Positions 8,797 through 19,173 of a stretch of DNA of 64,000 nucleotides are shown here, one piece after another. The DNA lies in assembly GCA_938038735.1 (NCBI GenBank), contig CALHSW010000074.1:16302-80301 (forward strand), written 5' to 3'. How positions within the stretch are numbered: position 1 is the stretch's first letter; the number at the start of each line of letters is the position of its first letter. Both the position numbers and the translations under genes were made by a program. The stretch comes from an uncultured Bacteroidia bacterium. GTDB lineage: Bacteria; Bacteroidota; Bacteroidia; Bacteroidales; CAJPTX01. The notes under the pieces were generated by a model that made no database searches, was not told the DNA's origin, and saw only the letters and a program-made list of their open reading frames with translations.

Positions 8797-10020
8797 CTAG
8801 TTCTTGGGAGAGTCAAGGGGACGGATGAGGCGGGCGGGGAACCAAGAAGCGATGAGGCCTAACGTTCCGGCGAGAAGAACAACAAAGAGTACGTCGAGCC
8901 ATCGCACCTCCACAGGGTAGGCATCAACCACGAAGCCAGCCCCCCCACCGAGCGCTATGAGGCCAAAGGTTGTTTGGGCCCAGCAGAGCAGCAACCCTAA
9001 CGCAACGCCAACAAGGGCCCCACCGAGCGAAATGATGGCACCTTCCCAAACAAAGATGCTCCGGATTTGCGTGCTTTGGGCGCCGAGACTTGCCAGCGTG
9101 GCAATGTCTTTCCGTTTGTCAATGATCAGCATGGAGAGGGAACCCACAACGTTAAATGTTGCAATGAAGAGGATTAGGCTGAGAATGACAATGATGATGA
9201 AGCGTTCGCTCTTCATTGTGCGGTAGAGATCTTTGTTCTGCTGTTGCCGGTTAACGACAGTATAATCCTGTTTGAGTGCGTCTTGGAGATTTTGTTGGAC
9301 AGCGCGGGGGGAGCAACCCTCCTTTAGCTGTAGCGAGAGCGAGGAGACGTAGTCGGGGGGGAGCGAGAGCATCTCCTGGACGGTTTCAATGGGTACAACC
9401 ACAGAGGCTTCGTCAAAGTCGGCGTTGACCGAGAGGATGGCCCCCAGCGTCATGGTTTTTTGTTTAAAGGCCGTGGCTGGGTTTAGCCAGTTGGAGGCGG
9501 TACGGTTTGGGAGATAGATAGTTATGGGGTCGTAGTGCGCTAGGGAGAGTCGTAGGTAGTAGGCAATTCCTGCGCCGATGTTGGCGATGGGCATGGAGCC
9601 GAGGTAGAGGTCGAACTGCCCGTCGGCCGTGAAGTTGGGTAGGTTGGTAGCTTTCAAGTAGTTTCTGTCAACGCCTATAAGCATGCCGATTTGCTGCTGC
9701 TTTTGATATCCGAAGAGGGCATCTTCCCGGAGGGATCGCCCCACGATGGCGATGTTGGGGTTCTGCTCGATGATTTGCCGAATGGAGTCGCTATAACGGA
9801 ATCCCTTTCCCTTGGTGGCCGTAATTGCGAGGTCAGTATCTAAGGAGGAGTACATGGAGCCTACGATGGACTCAATGCCGTTAAATACCGAAAGGACCAC
9901 CACGAGTGCCGCAGTGCTGATGGCCACGCCACACATCGCGATGATGGCTATGATGTTTACTGCGCTATGGGATTTGCGGGCGAAGATGTGGCGCTTTGCG
10001 ATAAACGAGCTGAAACGCAT
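8797..10020 (-). CDS. FtsX-like ABC transporter permease (LolC/LolE family)
   Basis: N-terminal RFSSFIAKRHIFARKSHSAVNIIAIIAMCGVAISTAALVVVLSVFNG, a large periplasmic loop, and 3 C-terminal TM helices (FtsX domain). Confidence 0.8.
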   Translation of the reverse strand: MRFSSFIAKRHIFARKSHSAVNIIAIIAMCGVAISTAALVVVLSVFNGIESIVGSMYSSLDTDLAITATKGKGFRYSDSIRQIIEQNPNIAIVGRSLREDALFGYQKQQQIGMLIGVDRNYLKATNLPNFTADGQFDLYLGSMPIANIGAGIAYYLRLSLAHYDPITIYLPNRTASNWLNPATAFKQKTMTLGAILSVNADFDEASVVVPIETVQEMLSLPPDYVSSLSLQLKEGCSPRAVQQNLQDALKQDYTVVNRQQQNKDLYRTMKSERFIIIVILSLILFIATFNVVGSLSMLIIDKRKDIATLASLGAQSTQIRSIFVWEGAIISLGGALVGVALGLLLCWAQTTFGLIALGGGAGFVVDAYPVEVRWLDVLFVVLLAGTLGLIASWFPARLIRPLDSPKN

Positions 10021-10031
10021 GGTGGGAGTCG

Positions 10032-10799
10032 CTATTTACGGCCGATGTAGAGGAGGTCTTCCCTACGCAATGCGTAGCGGAAGCGTTCGTGTTCGGAGAT
10101 CAGTGAGAAGTAGTCGAGGGTTTCCACGTTGAAACCGGCTTCGGCGAGTCGGCTGGTGTAGTCACGGCCGTAGAGGCGAAGGTGGTCGCGCTGATAGTAG
10201 AACTTTTCGCGCAGTTCGGGGGTGTTGATGCTCGGGTCTTCAAGGGTTCGCTCAAGGCTGAGATCCTGTGGGACGAGTAGTAGCGCCGTTCCGTTGGTAC
10301 GTAGAACGCGAAATAGCTCTCGCATGGCCTGTCGGTCGTCGGGGATGTGCTCAAGGACGTGGTTGCATAGGATGAGGTCAAAGGAGTTGTCGGGGAAGGG
10401 GAGTTTTTGGATGTCGCAGTGCACAGAGGCCCAGGGTGATTCAAGGTCGGCCGTGGTGTAATCAATGTTTGGTAGGCTTTGCAACGGACGGAGGAAACAC
10501 CATTCTGGGGCCATGTGGAGAACGGACATCGGAGTGGTTTCTATGGAGAGTTCCCGGGTGAGGTATAGCCAAATGAGGCGGTGCCGTTCGAGCGAGAGGC
10601 TGCGGGGTGCTAGCGCGTTGGGACGGCGTGTAATGCGTCCGTACGGGAGCAGTTTGCGGTAACGTTGCCCATCGATGGGATCTTCAAAGCGATTACCGCA
10701 GTAGAACCAGGCGACTCCTCGGCCCGCCGCGACGGCGAATCTGTGGAGGAGCGGGCGAGGAAGGTGTCGGGTGGCGAGCTGTATCAGTTGTCCGAGCAT
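10032..10799 (-). CDS. Class I SAM-dependent methyltransferase
   Basis: FDLILCNHVLEHIPDDRQAMRELFRVLRTNGTALLLVP is a Methyltransf_11-like motif. Confidence 0.7.
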   Translation of the reverse strand: MLGQLIQLATRHLPRPLLHRFAVAAGRGVAWFYCGNRFEDPIDGQRYRKLLPYGRITRRPNALAPRSLSLERHRLIWLYLTRELSIETTPMSVLHMAPEWCFLRPLQSLPNIDYTTADLESPWASVHCDIQKLPFPDNSFDLILCNHVLEHIPDDRQAMRELFRVLRTNGTALLLVPQDLSLERTLEDPSINTPELREKFYYQRDHLRLYGRDYTSRLAEAGFNVETLDYFSLISEHERFRYALRREDLLYIGRK

Positions 10800-11149
10800 T
10801 CGTTCTTAGGGCCAAGGAGTTGGTCAATGCGCTCGATGTAGTCAAGGGAGTCATCAAGGAAGAAGGTTAGCTCTGGCACTACTCGGAGCTGATGCCGAAT
10901 GCGTTTACCCAGCTGGAATCGGATTTCGCTTTTTTTGCTCTCTACATGCTTCATTACCTCTTCGCCCTTGCTAGAGGGAAAGACGCTGATTAGCACACGT
11001 GCGTATTCAAGATCAGGGGACATGCGTACGCGCGTCACGGTAACCATATGCCCTAGCGAGAGGACGGCGGCGTCGCGTTGGAACATCTCGCTGAGGTCTC
11101 GCTGTATTTGACGTGCAACTTTCTGTTGCCTTGTTGATTCGTGATCCAT
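10784..11149 (-). CDS. rbfA: Ribosome-binding factor A
   Basis: QKVARQIQRDLSEMFQ...VTVTRVRMSPDLEYARVLISVF..LRVVPELTFFLDDS is the RbfA pattern. Confidence 0.85.
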   Translation of the reverse strand: MDHESTRQQKVARQIQRDLSEMFQRDAAVLSLGHMVTVTRVRMSPDLEYARVLISVFPSSKGEEVMKHVESKKSEIRFQLGKRIRHQLRVVPELTFFLDDSLDYIERIDQLLGPKNECSDN

Positions 11150-11174
11150 TGTAAGATTAAGTGGAATAGGTATA

Positions 11175-11747
11175 CTACAGATTGATGACGATTTTGTTGA
11201 GGTCGGCTTTTGGGACGCAATGTACTTGCCCCTCGCGCCAGTAGTTTTCAGAACCGGAGGTAGCGGTTGAACGTAGCTCTACCTCTTCGGCCGGCTTCCC
11301 TAAGGCTAGCACGAGGCGCACCTTGAATTGAGTGGGGATTGCGAGAGCTTCGGAGAGAGCCTGGGCGTTGAAAGCGAGGATGTGACATCCACCCAGACCG
11401 ATGTAGCGCGCCCCTAGCAGAATGGTTTGGGAGACGATGCCGAGGTCAATGTCAGAGCCCTTTACGTGCTGCGTATCTTCCAGAAGCAAAACGTATGCAG
11501 TAGGTCTCTCTGAGATTGAAGGGCCGCCCCATTCGGGGAGCATGGCGGCCCATTTCAGTTCGGTGAATATGCGTTGGCAGCTCTCGGGGCGGTTCGTGAT
11601 GCCAAAGTGGATCCACTGCGCATTGCGTGCCCTTGGGGTCATGCGGCCCAGGTCGGCAAGCCATAGGAGTTCCACGTCGGTGACGGCTCTTGTAGGGTCA
11701 AAACGTCGGAAGGACCGCCCCCCGTAGACCAAGTCCTTAAAGTCCAT
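11175..11747 (-). CDS. Nitroreductase family protein
   Basis: MDFKDLVYGGRSFRRFD... is a typical nitroreductase N-terminus. The start is set at the second Met because the -7 box at 11766-11773 overlaps the longer ORF start. Confidence 0.75.
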   Translation of the reverse strand: MDFKDLVYGGRSFRRFDPTRAVTDVELLWLADLGRMTPRARNAQWIHFGITNRPESCQRIFTELKWAAMLPEWGGPSISERPTAYVLLLEDTQHVKGSDIDLGIVSQTILLGARYIGLGGCHILAFNAQALSEALAIPTQFKVRLVLALGKPAEEVELRSTATSGSENYWREGQVHCVPKADLNKIVINL

Positions 11748-11765
11748 GCGATTAAGTTTTGTTGC

Positions 11766-11773
11766 CAAAGGTA
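11766..11773 (-). promoter_or_regulatory. -7 promoter box TACCTTTG (minus strand)
   Basis: The reverse complement of CAAAGGTA is TACCTTTG, ending 18 nt upstream of the ATG at 11747. Confidence 0.55.
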
Positions 11774-11957
11774 GGTATTTCTACCGAGAAAATGGTTTTT
11801 CTCGTCTCCATCGTGCGTATAAAGTTGAAGGATTGTTCGTTGCACCTAAGCCATTTATTCGCAGCTAAGAGCTGCGTACGGGGGCAGGATAGTGGTAAAA
11901 GGCTACCGAAGAGGGGGTGAGTTTAGGCGGCACGACAGGCGTTTAATTAAAAATGCG

Positions 11958-11965
11958 TACATTTG
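11958..11965 (+). promoter_or_regulatory. -7 promoter box TACATTTG
   Basis: Exact TAnnTTTG match 16 nt upstream of the ATG at 11981. Confidence 0.55.
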
Positions 11966-11980
11966 CAGGGTGCAATCGCA

Positions 11981-14107
11981 ATGAAACGTCATTATATGGA
12001 CAGAAGGAACATCATTGTAGTGGCTATTATGGCAAGTTTGGTACTGTCGGGGTGCGCTGAGAGCTGGGATTACCCTGAGGCGAGGCGGGACTCAACGGTA
12101 GATGAGTATTTTGGGGTACGCGTAGCGGACCCTTACCGTTGGATGGAGAACGAGCAAGACCCCGCATTGGCACAGTGGATTAAGGAAGAGAATGCGTTTA
12201 CCGAAAAATACCTGTCGAAGCTAACGAGCCGCGAGCCTTTGCGCAAGCGCCTTGGGGAGCTATTGAATTACGACTCACAAGGAATCTATACCTACACGGG
12301 GAAGTACTATCTGTTTTTCCGGAAAGAGGGTTTGCGCAATCAGAGCGTTCTGTACGTAAAAGATTCGTTGGCCGGAGAGGCGAGGATGCTGTTGGATCCT
12401 AATACCCTATCAGATGACGGTACCGTGGCACTGTCGGAGATTTCGCCATCGCACGACTCAAAGTATCTAGCGTATTCAGTGGCAGATGGAGGAAGCGATT
12501 GGAACAAGATATACGTGTTGGACATGCGCACGGGCGAGCGTCTAAGCGATGAGATTTCGTGGGTAAAGTTCACAACGATTGCATGGCAGGGTGATGGCTT
12601 TTACTATAGTGCCTACGATGCGCCAGCCGAGGGGAAAGCGTTGAGCGGTAAGAACGAGTTCCACAAGGTGTACTACCACAAGGTCGGAACGCCGCAAAAG
12701 GAGGACCGGTTGATATTCCAAAACAGGCAAGAACCCTTGCGGAACTACTTCGCACAGGTGACTGATGACGAGAAGTATCTCTTGGTGAACGAGACGGCGA
12801 GTACTGATGGTAATTCCGTGTATGTGAAGAATTTGCGTACAAATTCTGAGTTCATGCAGCTCACGGTGGGTTTTGACTACTCGTACTCTTTGGTGGGGAG
12901 TCAGGGGGATAATCTATACATGATGACGAACTACAAGGCTCCGAAGGGCAAGTTGGTTTGCATTAACATGGATCGGTCTGATGTAGGCGACTGGGCAGAC
13001 GTGATCGAGGAGCAGAAGGATGTTCTCACCAGCGTTACGATGACGGCTGGGCATTTCGTGGCGGTGCATATGGTTGATGCCGTGAGTCGGATGGAGGTGT
13101 ACACGATAGGCGGAGAGAGAGTGCGGGAGATAGAGCAGCCCGTGATGGGGACGGTAGATGCCGTGAGCGGACGAGCCGAGGGTGACGAGTTGTTTTACTC
13201 GTTCTCGTCGTTTACAGTGCCTTCGGTGGTGTATCGGGTTGTGCCGAGTACGGGGGAGCAGGCGGAAGTTTTCCGTCCAGCAATAGATTTCCCATTTGAT
13301 GACTACGTTGTGGAGCAAGTGTTTTATCCGAGCGTGAATAGCCAGATGGTACCGATGTTTATCGTTCATCGTAAGGATGTCAAGTATGATGGGAGCAATC
13401 CAACGCTCCTGTATGGTTATGGAGGTTTCAATATCAGTCTTACGCCGGGTTTTAGCGCATTTAGGTTGGCGTGGTTGGACCAAGGAGGCGTTTACGCCCA
13501 GGCGTGTCTTAGGGGGGGCGGAGAGTATGGGGAAAAGTGGCACATGGCGGGAACAAAGCTGAATAAGCAAAACGTGTTTGATGATTTTATTGCCGCAGGG
13601 GAATATCTTATCCATGCAGGGTACACGTCAACGGCGAAGTTAGCCATACAGGGAGGCTCGAATGGTGGGCTGCTCGTAGGTGCGGTAGTAAACCAGAGAC
13701 CGGATTTGTTTGCGGCGGCGATACCGCAGGTTGGGGTGATGGATATGCTTCGTTACCAGCATTTCACGATAGGCTGGGCGTGGGGTGACGATTACGGGAC
13801 GTCAGATAATGAGTTGCATTTTAAAAACTTGAATTCTTACTCTCCGTTGCACAACATCAAGAGGGGAGAAGGTTATCCCGCGATCCTGGCCACAACGGCG
13901 GATCATGATGACCGTGTAGTGCCTGCGCATACCTTTAAGTATATTGCAGAAATGCAGTACATGCAGGCAAAGGGAGCACCGAAGCTTGTGCGTATTGAGA
14001 CAAGAGCAGGGCATGGGGCGGGGAAACCGGTTGCGCTTAGAATTGAAGAGCAAGCTGACATCTATGCGTTTTTGTTCGACAATCTGAAGGTACGTGTGGA
14101 GAAATAA
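11981..14107 (+). CDS. Prolyl oligopeptidase (S9A family), lipoprotein-type signal
   Basis: N-terminal VLSGC lipobox, YRWMEN motif, catalytic GGSNGGLLVG serine motif, and C-terminal DHDDRV...GHG. Confidence 0.9.
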   Translation: MKRHYMDRRNIIVVAIMASLVLSGCAESWDYPEARRDSTVDEYFGVRVADPYRWMENEQDPALAQWIKEENAFTEKYLSKLTSREPLRKRLGELLNYDSQGIYTYTGKYYLFFRKEGLRNQSVLYVKDSLAGEARMLLDPNTLSDDGTVALSEISPSHDSKYLAYSVADGGSDWNKIYVLDMRTGERLSDEISWVKFTTIAWQGDGFYYSAYDAPAEGKALSGKNEFHKVYYHKVGTPQKEDRLIFQNRQEPLRNYFAQVTDDEKYLLVNETASTDGNSVYVKNLRTNSEFMQLTVGFDYSYSLVGSQGDNLYMMTNYKAPKGKLVCINMDRSDVGDWADVIEEQKDVLTSVTMTAGHFVAVHMVDAVSRMEVYTIGGERVREIEQPVMGTVDAVSGRAEGDELFYSFSSFTVPSVVYRVVPSTGEQAEVFRPAIDFPFDDYVVEQVFYPSVNSQMVPMFIVHRKDVKYDGSNPTLLYGYGGFNISLTPGFSAFRLAWLDQGGVYAQACLRGGGEYGEKWHMAGTKLNKQNVFDDFIAAGEYLIHAGYTSTAKLAIQGGSNGGLLVGAVVNQRPDLFAAAIPQVGVMDMLRYQHFTIGWAWGDDYGTSDNELHFKNLNSYSPLHNIKRGEGYPAILATTADHDDRVVPAHTFKYIAEMQYMQAKGAPKLVRIETRAGHGAGKPVALRIEEQADIYAFLFDNLKVRVEK

Positions 14108-14237
14108 GGTGAGATTTTGCAGTTGATAGGAAATCGGAAAATTCCTAATTGATTGAATAGTAGAAGTTTAGAAAATACCTATGCGCATTGGCGCGACGCT
14201 TCTGACTTTAGCGGTGTTGCAAATGGTCAAAAAGTGC

Positions 14238-14245
14238 TAGCTTTG
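14238..14245 (+). promoter_or_regulatory. -7 promoter box TAGCTTTG
   Basis: Exact TAnnTTTG match 47 nt upstream of the ATG at 14292. Confidence 0.5.
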
Positions 14246-14291
14246 CAAATAGGTTAGTTGGATTTTAGGTAATACTCAAACAAAAAGCACA

Positions 14292-16001
14292 ATGAAAGAG
14301 TTGAAGTTGACGATGCTGGCGGTGGTAATGGCAGGTGCCGCTATGCTAGTGGGGTGCGACAATCCGGAGAAAATGAAGGATGTACCTCAAGATGCATTCC
14401 CGAGGATGGATCCGAACCCAATGGTTCTGCAAGGGAAAGCTGTGACGGGTAAGATAACGGGTAAGTTTCCGCCGAAGTATTTTAACAAGAACGCCAAGTT
14501 GGAGCTGATTCCTGTGGTGACCTACGGAGGCTCGGAGCTTACTTTGTCATCGCGTACGTATCAGGGTGAGAAGGTGACGGAAAACAATCCCGTTATCAAC
14601 TATGAGAATGGTGGTTCTTTCTCGATTGACTATTCTTTCCCCTATAAGGAAGAGATGATGCAGAGCGAGATGGAGCTTCGCTACGTGTTGTTATACAAGG
14701 ACAAGCAAGTGCCGTTCGATGCGCCAATTAAGCTGGGTCCTGGTATCAACGTTACGCAGCTACTTGTTGATTACGAGGCAGAGCCCGTGTTGATGGGGAA
14801 CAATTTTGTACGTGACCAAATAAAGACGCAGGAGGCGCAGATAAACTTTGCAATCCAGCGGTCTGACCTTCGTAGCGGTGAGTTGACGAAAGATGATGTT
14901 AAGGCTTTGCAGGAGGCCATAAAAGGGTTGAGCAACAACCAGAAGGCTGAACTCAAGGGAGTTGACGTGTATGCTTACGCTTCGCCAGATGGTCCGGTGA
15001 ATTTGAACGACAGGCTGTCGAAGGATCGTGGAAATACGACTCAGAAGTGGGTTAACCAGTCGCTGAAGAAGAGCAAGGTAGATGGCAATATGGTGAACAT
15101 CAAGGAGCAGGCCACTGACTGGGAAGGCTTCCGTACGATGGTTCAGAATTCTGACATTGAGGACAAGGATATGATTCTTCGCGTTTTGGAGATGTATGCT
15201 GATCCTGACACGCGTAACCGTGAGATGCACAACTTGGGTAAGGTGTTCAACGTGTTGGCGGAGGAGGTGCTGCCGAAGCTACGTCGTTCGCGGATGGTAG
15301 CGAATATCGCTGTGACTGGGTATACGGATGAGGAGCTTGTGGCGATGGTGAATGAGAATCGGATTGGTGAACTTGGTTTGGAAGAAGGGCTCTTTGCCGC
15401 TACGTTGCTGGAAGATTTTATGAAGAAGGCCGATGTGTATTCCAATCTTGCGGCGCGTTATACAGAGGATGTGCGTCCATTGAACAACCTTGCGTATGTG
15501 TACTTGAAGCAGAATCGCTTGGAGGATGCAAAGGCGCAGCTTGACAAGGCGGCAGCTTTGGAAAGCGAGAACCCATTTGTGTTGAATAACTTGGGCGTTT
15601 ATGAGATGGGTAAGAACAACGAGGTTGAGGCTGAGAAGTATTTCTTGCGTGCCACTGATGCGGGTGATGTTGTGAAGGGTAACTTGGGTATTTGCGAGAT
15701 TATGAAGGGCAACTACAACAAGGCTCGTGACTACATGACGGGAATCACATCGTTCAACGCAGGTTTGGCGAGGTTGCTGGCTGGTGAGTTGGATGCGGCG
15801 AAGAATACCTTCAGTGAGGTTAAGAGCGCGAAGGCGTACTACGGTTTGGCAATCATCGGTGCGCGCAATAGCGATGAGACGATGGTTGTTAATAACCTGA
15901 AAGAGGCGTTTAGCAAGGACGGTGCGCTAAAAGATCGTGCGAAGAAGGATATTGAGTTCGTGAAGTTTGCACAGAGTGCAGCTGTCAGTGCGTTGTTTTA
16001 G
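14292..16001 (+). CDS. Lipoprotein with C-terminal TPR-like repeats
   Basis: Signal plus lipobox (MLVGC). The C-terminal third has TPR-like repeats (LNNLAYVYLKQNRLEDAKAQLDKAAALE..NPFVLNNLGVYEM). Confidence 0.6.
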   Translation: MKELKLTMLAVVMAGAAMLVGCDNPEKMKDVPQDAFPRMDPNPMVLQGKAVTGKITGKFPPKYFNKNAKLELIPVVTYGGSELTLSSRTYQGEKVTENNPVINYENGGSFSIDYSFPYKEEMMQSEMELRYVLLYKDKQVPFDAPIKLGPGINVTQLLVDYEAEPVLMGNNFVRDQIKTQEAQINFAIQRSDLRSGELTKDDVKALQEAIKGLSNNQKAELKGVDVYAYASPDGPVNLNDRLSKDRGNTTQKWVNQSLKKSKVDGNMVNIKEQATDWEGFRTMVQNSDIEDKDMILRVLEMYADPDTRNREMHNLGKVFNVLAEEVLPKLRRSRMVANIAVTGYTDEELVAMVNENRIGELGLEEGLFAATLLEDFMKKADVYSNLAARYTEDVRPLNNLAYVYLKQNRLEDAKAQLDKAAALESENPFVLNNLGVYEMGKNNEVEAEKYFLRATDAGDVVKGNLGICEIMKGNYNKARDYMTGITSFNAGLARLLAGELDAAKNTFSEVKSAKAYYGLAIIGARNSDETMVVNNLKEAFSKDGALKDRAKKDIEFVKFAQSAAVSALF

Positions 16002-16061
16002 TGGCTATAAACTTTAAGACTTTGCGAGTGTAGCTTATCGCATTTGTAAGGTTGAGTAATG

Positions 16062-16095
16062 AAGGGGAAGACATTTAGTTGTCTTCCCCTTTTTA
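16062..16095 (+). terminator. Rho-independent terminator
   Basis: AAGGGGAAGAC-loop-GTCTTCCCCTT (11-bp stem) followed by a TTT run, 60 nt after the stop at 16001. Confidence 0.75.
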
Positions 16096-16191
16096 ATTTT
16101 CAGAGCGAGTGCAATTAAATCGTGGGAAATAGCTATCTTAGCACTGCGGAGGTAAATGGGTTATCGCCGTGCTAAAAAGGGTATAAACTGT

Positions 16192-17661
16192 ATGAGTAGC
16201 ATTAAGGATTTGGAGCCGCGCTCCTTGTGGTCAGAGTTCCATGAGATAACTAAAGTCCCTCGACCCTCAAAGCGTGAGGAAAAAATGATTGCTTACTTGT
16301 TAGAGTGGGGAAAAGCGCATGGCATTGAAACTAAACGTGACGAGGTAGGAAACGTTCTCATGCGCAAGGGCGCAACGAAGGGATACGAGGATTTAGCCCC
16401 CGTGGTACTGCAAAGCCATATCGACATGGTTTGCGAGAAAAACAACGATGTACAGCATGATTTTGATGTTGACCCTATTGATGCATATATTGATGAAGGG
16501 TGGGTGAAGGCACGTGGGACAACCCTGGGTGCGGATGATGGCATAGGGGTGGCGGCGCAATTGGCGGTACTTATGGATCCTAGAGTACAGCATGGGCCGA
16601 TAGAATGCCTTTTCACAGTTGATGAGGAGACAGGCTTAACAGGTGCATTTGCGCTGCAAGCTGGCTTCTTTAATGGAAAGATTCTACTAAATCTTGATAG
16701 CGAGGACGAGGGAGAGCTATTTATCGGTTGCGCTGGAGGTGTTGATACGGTAGGGCGATTTGACTACCAAGTTGAGCCTTCATTGAGCGATGGAGTGGCG
16801 TTGGAAGTATCGGTGAGCGGCCTTAAAGGTGGGCATTCGGGGGATGATATTAACAAGGGGTTGGCGAATGCAGTGAAGGTGCTCGCGCGCCTTTTAGAGG
16901 GAATAGGGGCGACTAGCACCACGATGCGTATTGCTTCTATAGAGGCTGGCAATTTACGCAACGCAATTGCGCGTGAAGGCAAGGCGGTAGTCGTTATAAC
17001 CAAGAAAGATGAAGAGCAAATAAAACGGGAATTTGAGTGTTTAGCAGCCGCACTGCGCAATGAATTCCGCACGACAGAACAAACAGTAAATTTGACGTTG
17101 CGGCCTTCGTCTCTGCCAAAGGAGATGATGACCAAAGAGGACACATCGAGGTTAATTAGCTTATTGCTTGCCTTGCCGCACGGGGTAGAGGAGATGAGCC
17201 GGGAGATGTCTGGATTGGTGGAGACGAGTACCAACCTTGCTTCAATACGACCAAAAGAAGGGGAGGCGCATTGCTTAGAGATTGCCACGAGCCAGCGCAG
17301 TAGCGTAGAGTCGGCTATGAAGTACATAGCTGACAGAGTGAAGAGTACGTTTGACTTGGCGGGGTGTGCCTCTGTGCGTTCGGACGGTTATCCAGGCTGG
17401 GCACCTAACCCTAGCTCCCCTGTAGTGCGGGTGGCGGAGGCTGCCTATGAACGTTTATTTGGCGTGAAACCGATTGTACGTGCCATCCATGCAGGATTGG
17501 AGTGCGGTCTATTCTTGGAGAAATATCCAGAGTTGGACATGGTCTCGTTTGGTCCTACCCTACGTGGTGTTCATTCCCCCGACGAACGCTTAGAGATAGC
17601 GTCTGTGAACAAGTTTTGGGACCTACTTCTTGAGATTTTGAAGACTCTGCCGAAGCGGTAG
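16192..17661 (+). CDS. pepD: Aminoacyl-histidine dipeptidase (PepD, M20 family)
   Basis: LEPRSLWSEFHEITKVPRPSKRE..., QSHIDMVCEKN, TTLGADDGIGVA, FTVDEETG and the overall ~485-aa length match PepD. Confidence 0.9.
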   Translation: MSSIKDLEPRSLWSEFHEITKVPRPSKREEKMIAYLLEWGKAHGIETKRDEVGNVLMRKGATKGYEDLAPVVLQSHIDMVCEKNNDVQHDFDVDPIDAYIDEGWVKARGTTLGADDGIGVAAQLAVLMDPRVQHGPIECLFTVDEETGLTGAFALQAGFFNGKILLNLDSEDEGELFIGCAGGVDTVGRFDYQVEPSLSDGVALEVSVSGLKGGHSGDDINKGLANAVKVLARLLEGIGATSTTMRIASIEAGNLRNAIAREGKAVVVITKKDEEQIKREFECLAAALRNEFRTTEQTVNLTLRPSSLPKEMMTKEDTSRLISLLLALPHGVEEMSREMSGLVETSTNLASIRPKEGEAHCLEIATSQRSSVESAMKYIADRVKSTFDLAGCASVRSDGYPGWAPNPSSPVVRVAEAAYERLFGVKPIVRAIHAGLECGLFLEKYPELDMVSFGPTLRGVHSPDERLEIASVNKFWDLLLEILKTLPKR

Positions 17662-17681
17662 CGGGAGTCAAGTAGCTAAAC

Positions 17682-17718
17682 GAAGGGAGCGAGAAGCCAA
17701 CGGCTTCTCGCTCCCTTC
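17682..17718. terminator. Bidirectional terminator-like hairpin between convergent pepD and rsmD
   Basis: Perfect 17-bp stem GAAGGGAGCGAGAAGCC / GGCTTCTCGCTCCCTTC with a 3-nt loop. Confidence 0.6.
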
Positions 17719-17742
17719 AATTTATAGTTAATGCTGTACCCC

Positions 17743-18276
17743 TTAGAGCTTTAAAGGTGCGTTATAAAAGCTAAACACAGAATCTCCATACTGCCTCTCC
17801 TCATTGGGTTGTACTTCCATTGCGGTGCGTTGGCGGTGCTCAACGATTAACAGCCCCCCATCCTTGAGTAGGTTCGCATTAGCAACCCAGCGAGGAATTT
17901 CTTGCAGCGTCGGAAGGTCGTATGGGGGATCTGCAAAGATGATGTCATACGTTCTAGTCGCCTTTTTTATATACTGTTCTACCTTTAGGTTGTAGATAGT
18001 AGCCTCCTCAAGCGCAAATCCTTTGGCGTTACGGGTGAGTTCCTGCGCAGCTTTCTTATTGGCTTCTACAAACGTAACGCACCCTCTACGTGAAAGAAAC
18101 TCGAACCCTATTGCCCCAGTGCCGGAATATAGGTCGAGGACGTTAAGCCCTTCAAAGTCGTAGCGGTTTGTTAAGATGTTGAATAGTGCCTGTTTAGCTA
18201 GGTCAGTAGTAGGGCGTCCTGTAAAGCCTCGACTATCAAAATGACGACCGGCAAGCACTCCCCCGATTATACGCAT
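17743..18276 (-). CDS. rsmD: 16S rRNA (guanine966-N2)-methyltransferase RsmD
   Basis: RIIGG..GR......RPTTDLAKQALFNIL, DLYSGTGAIGFEFLSRG and FADPPY motifs. Confidence 0.85.
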   Translation of the reverse strand: MRIIGGVLAGRHFDSRGFTGRPTTDLAKQALFNILTNRYDFEGLNVLDLYSGTGAIGFEFLSRRGCVTFVEANKKAAQELTRNAKGFALEEATIYNLKVEQYIKKATRTYDIIFADPPYDLPTLQEIPRWVANANLLKDGGLLIVEHRQRTAMEVQPNEERQYGDSVFSFYNAPLKL

Positions 18277-19145
18277 TCCGCCAAGAGAAAGAGCGAAGAG
18301 GCTTCGCCACGTATTTTTTCTACCGTGTAGCTGTACTCGTACCCAAAGGGTGCTAGCGGCTCATCGCTAACCTTAAAGTAGTTCTTGAGTAGCGTTTTAA
18401 TGTCAGATGATTTGAGCTGGCGAACTATCCTAGGGTCGTTTTCGTCTGACCATGCAACGCCACTCCCTACCACAAGAATCGATACGTCAGAAGTGACATC
18501 GGCAAGGCTTTTGATGGCAACAGTGCAGTAGTATAGAGCGTCCTCCGCCGTATAAATGGGAATAGGCAGAGCGAAGAGGAGACGATTTCCTTGGGTTACA
18601 ATAAGCGTAGCGAAAGCTCCTTTTGTGACGAGCAAGAGCTGAGTCCCCTTATGTTTTCCGTTGACCGCTGCTTTTATCACAGCTCCATCGGAGTGTGCAA
18701 ATAGCGAGTTCTTGTGCATTGTCCTCCAGGCATACGTGAGCTGCGCAGGGATGGCATGCACCATGGTTATACCATTTGAAGGCTCAAAGTAGTGGATTTC
18801 CTCCAAGTCGTCTACTGCGGAGGCGGTTGAGAGGAGTTCCTTCGCAACGCTGGTTGAGAAGAGTTCCGAGGGAATAAGGGTAAACTTTCGGCCTCTGTAG
18901 CTAAGCACAACTTGCTTAAAGTCGTTTTTTACCCATGTATACGCCGTTTGGAGGTAGGTCACGGCGCTCATCCAGTCTTCAGGCGTATTGATTTGTGTGG
19001 GAAAGGAGACAAACGCAACAAAGCGTTTACGTAGCCTTTCCAATACCGCTAGCGCAAACCCCTCTTCAGAGGCTTGCGCTAGTAAATCGTAGCTTCCACA
19101 TTGCGTTGCATCAAATGTCTCATCGATGCATTCGCGCTTTAACAT
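18267..19145 (-). CDS. DUF3822-like protein
   Basis: 292-aa ORF overlapping the rsmD start by 10 nt. The DUF3822-RsmD pairing is common in Bacteroidetes, but the assignment is from context and general resemblance only. Confidence 0.5.
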   Translation of the reverse strand: MLKRECIDETFDATQCGSYDLLAQASEEGFALAVLERLRKRFVAFVSFPTQINTPEDWMSAVTYLQTAYTWVKNDFKQVVLSYRGRKFTLIPSELFSTSVAKELLSTASAVDDLEEIHYFEPSNGITMVHAIPAQLTYAWRTMHKNSLFAHSDGAVIKAAVNGKHKGTQLLLVTKGAFATLIVTQGNRLLFALPIPIYTAEDALYYCTVAIKSLADVTSDVSILVVGSGVAWSDENDPRIVRQLKSSDIKTLLKNYFKVSDEPLAPFGYEYSYTVEKIRGEASSLFLLAECV

Positions 19146-19173
19146 GCCTATGTTGGGCTATTTAAGAGTAGAT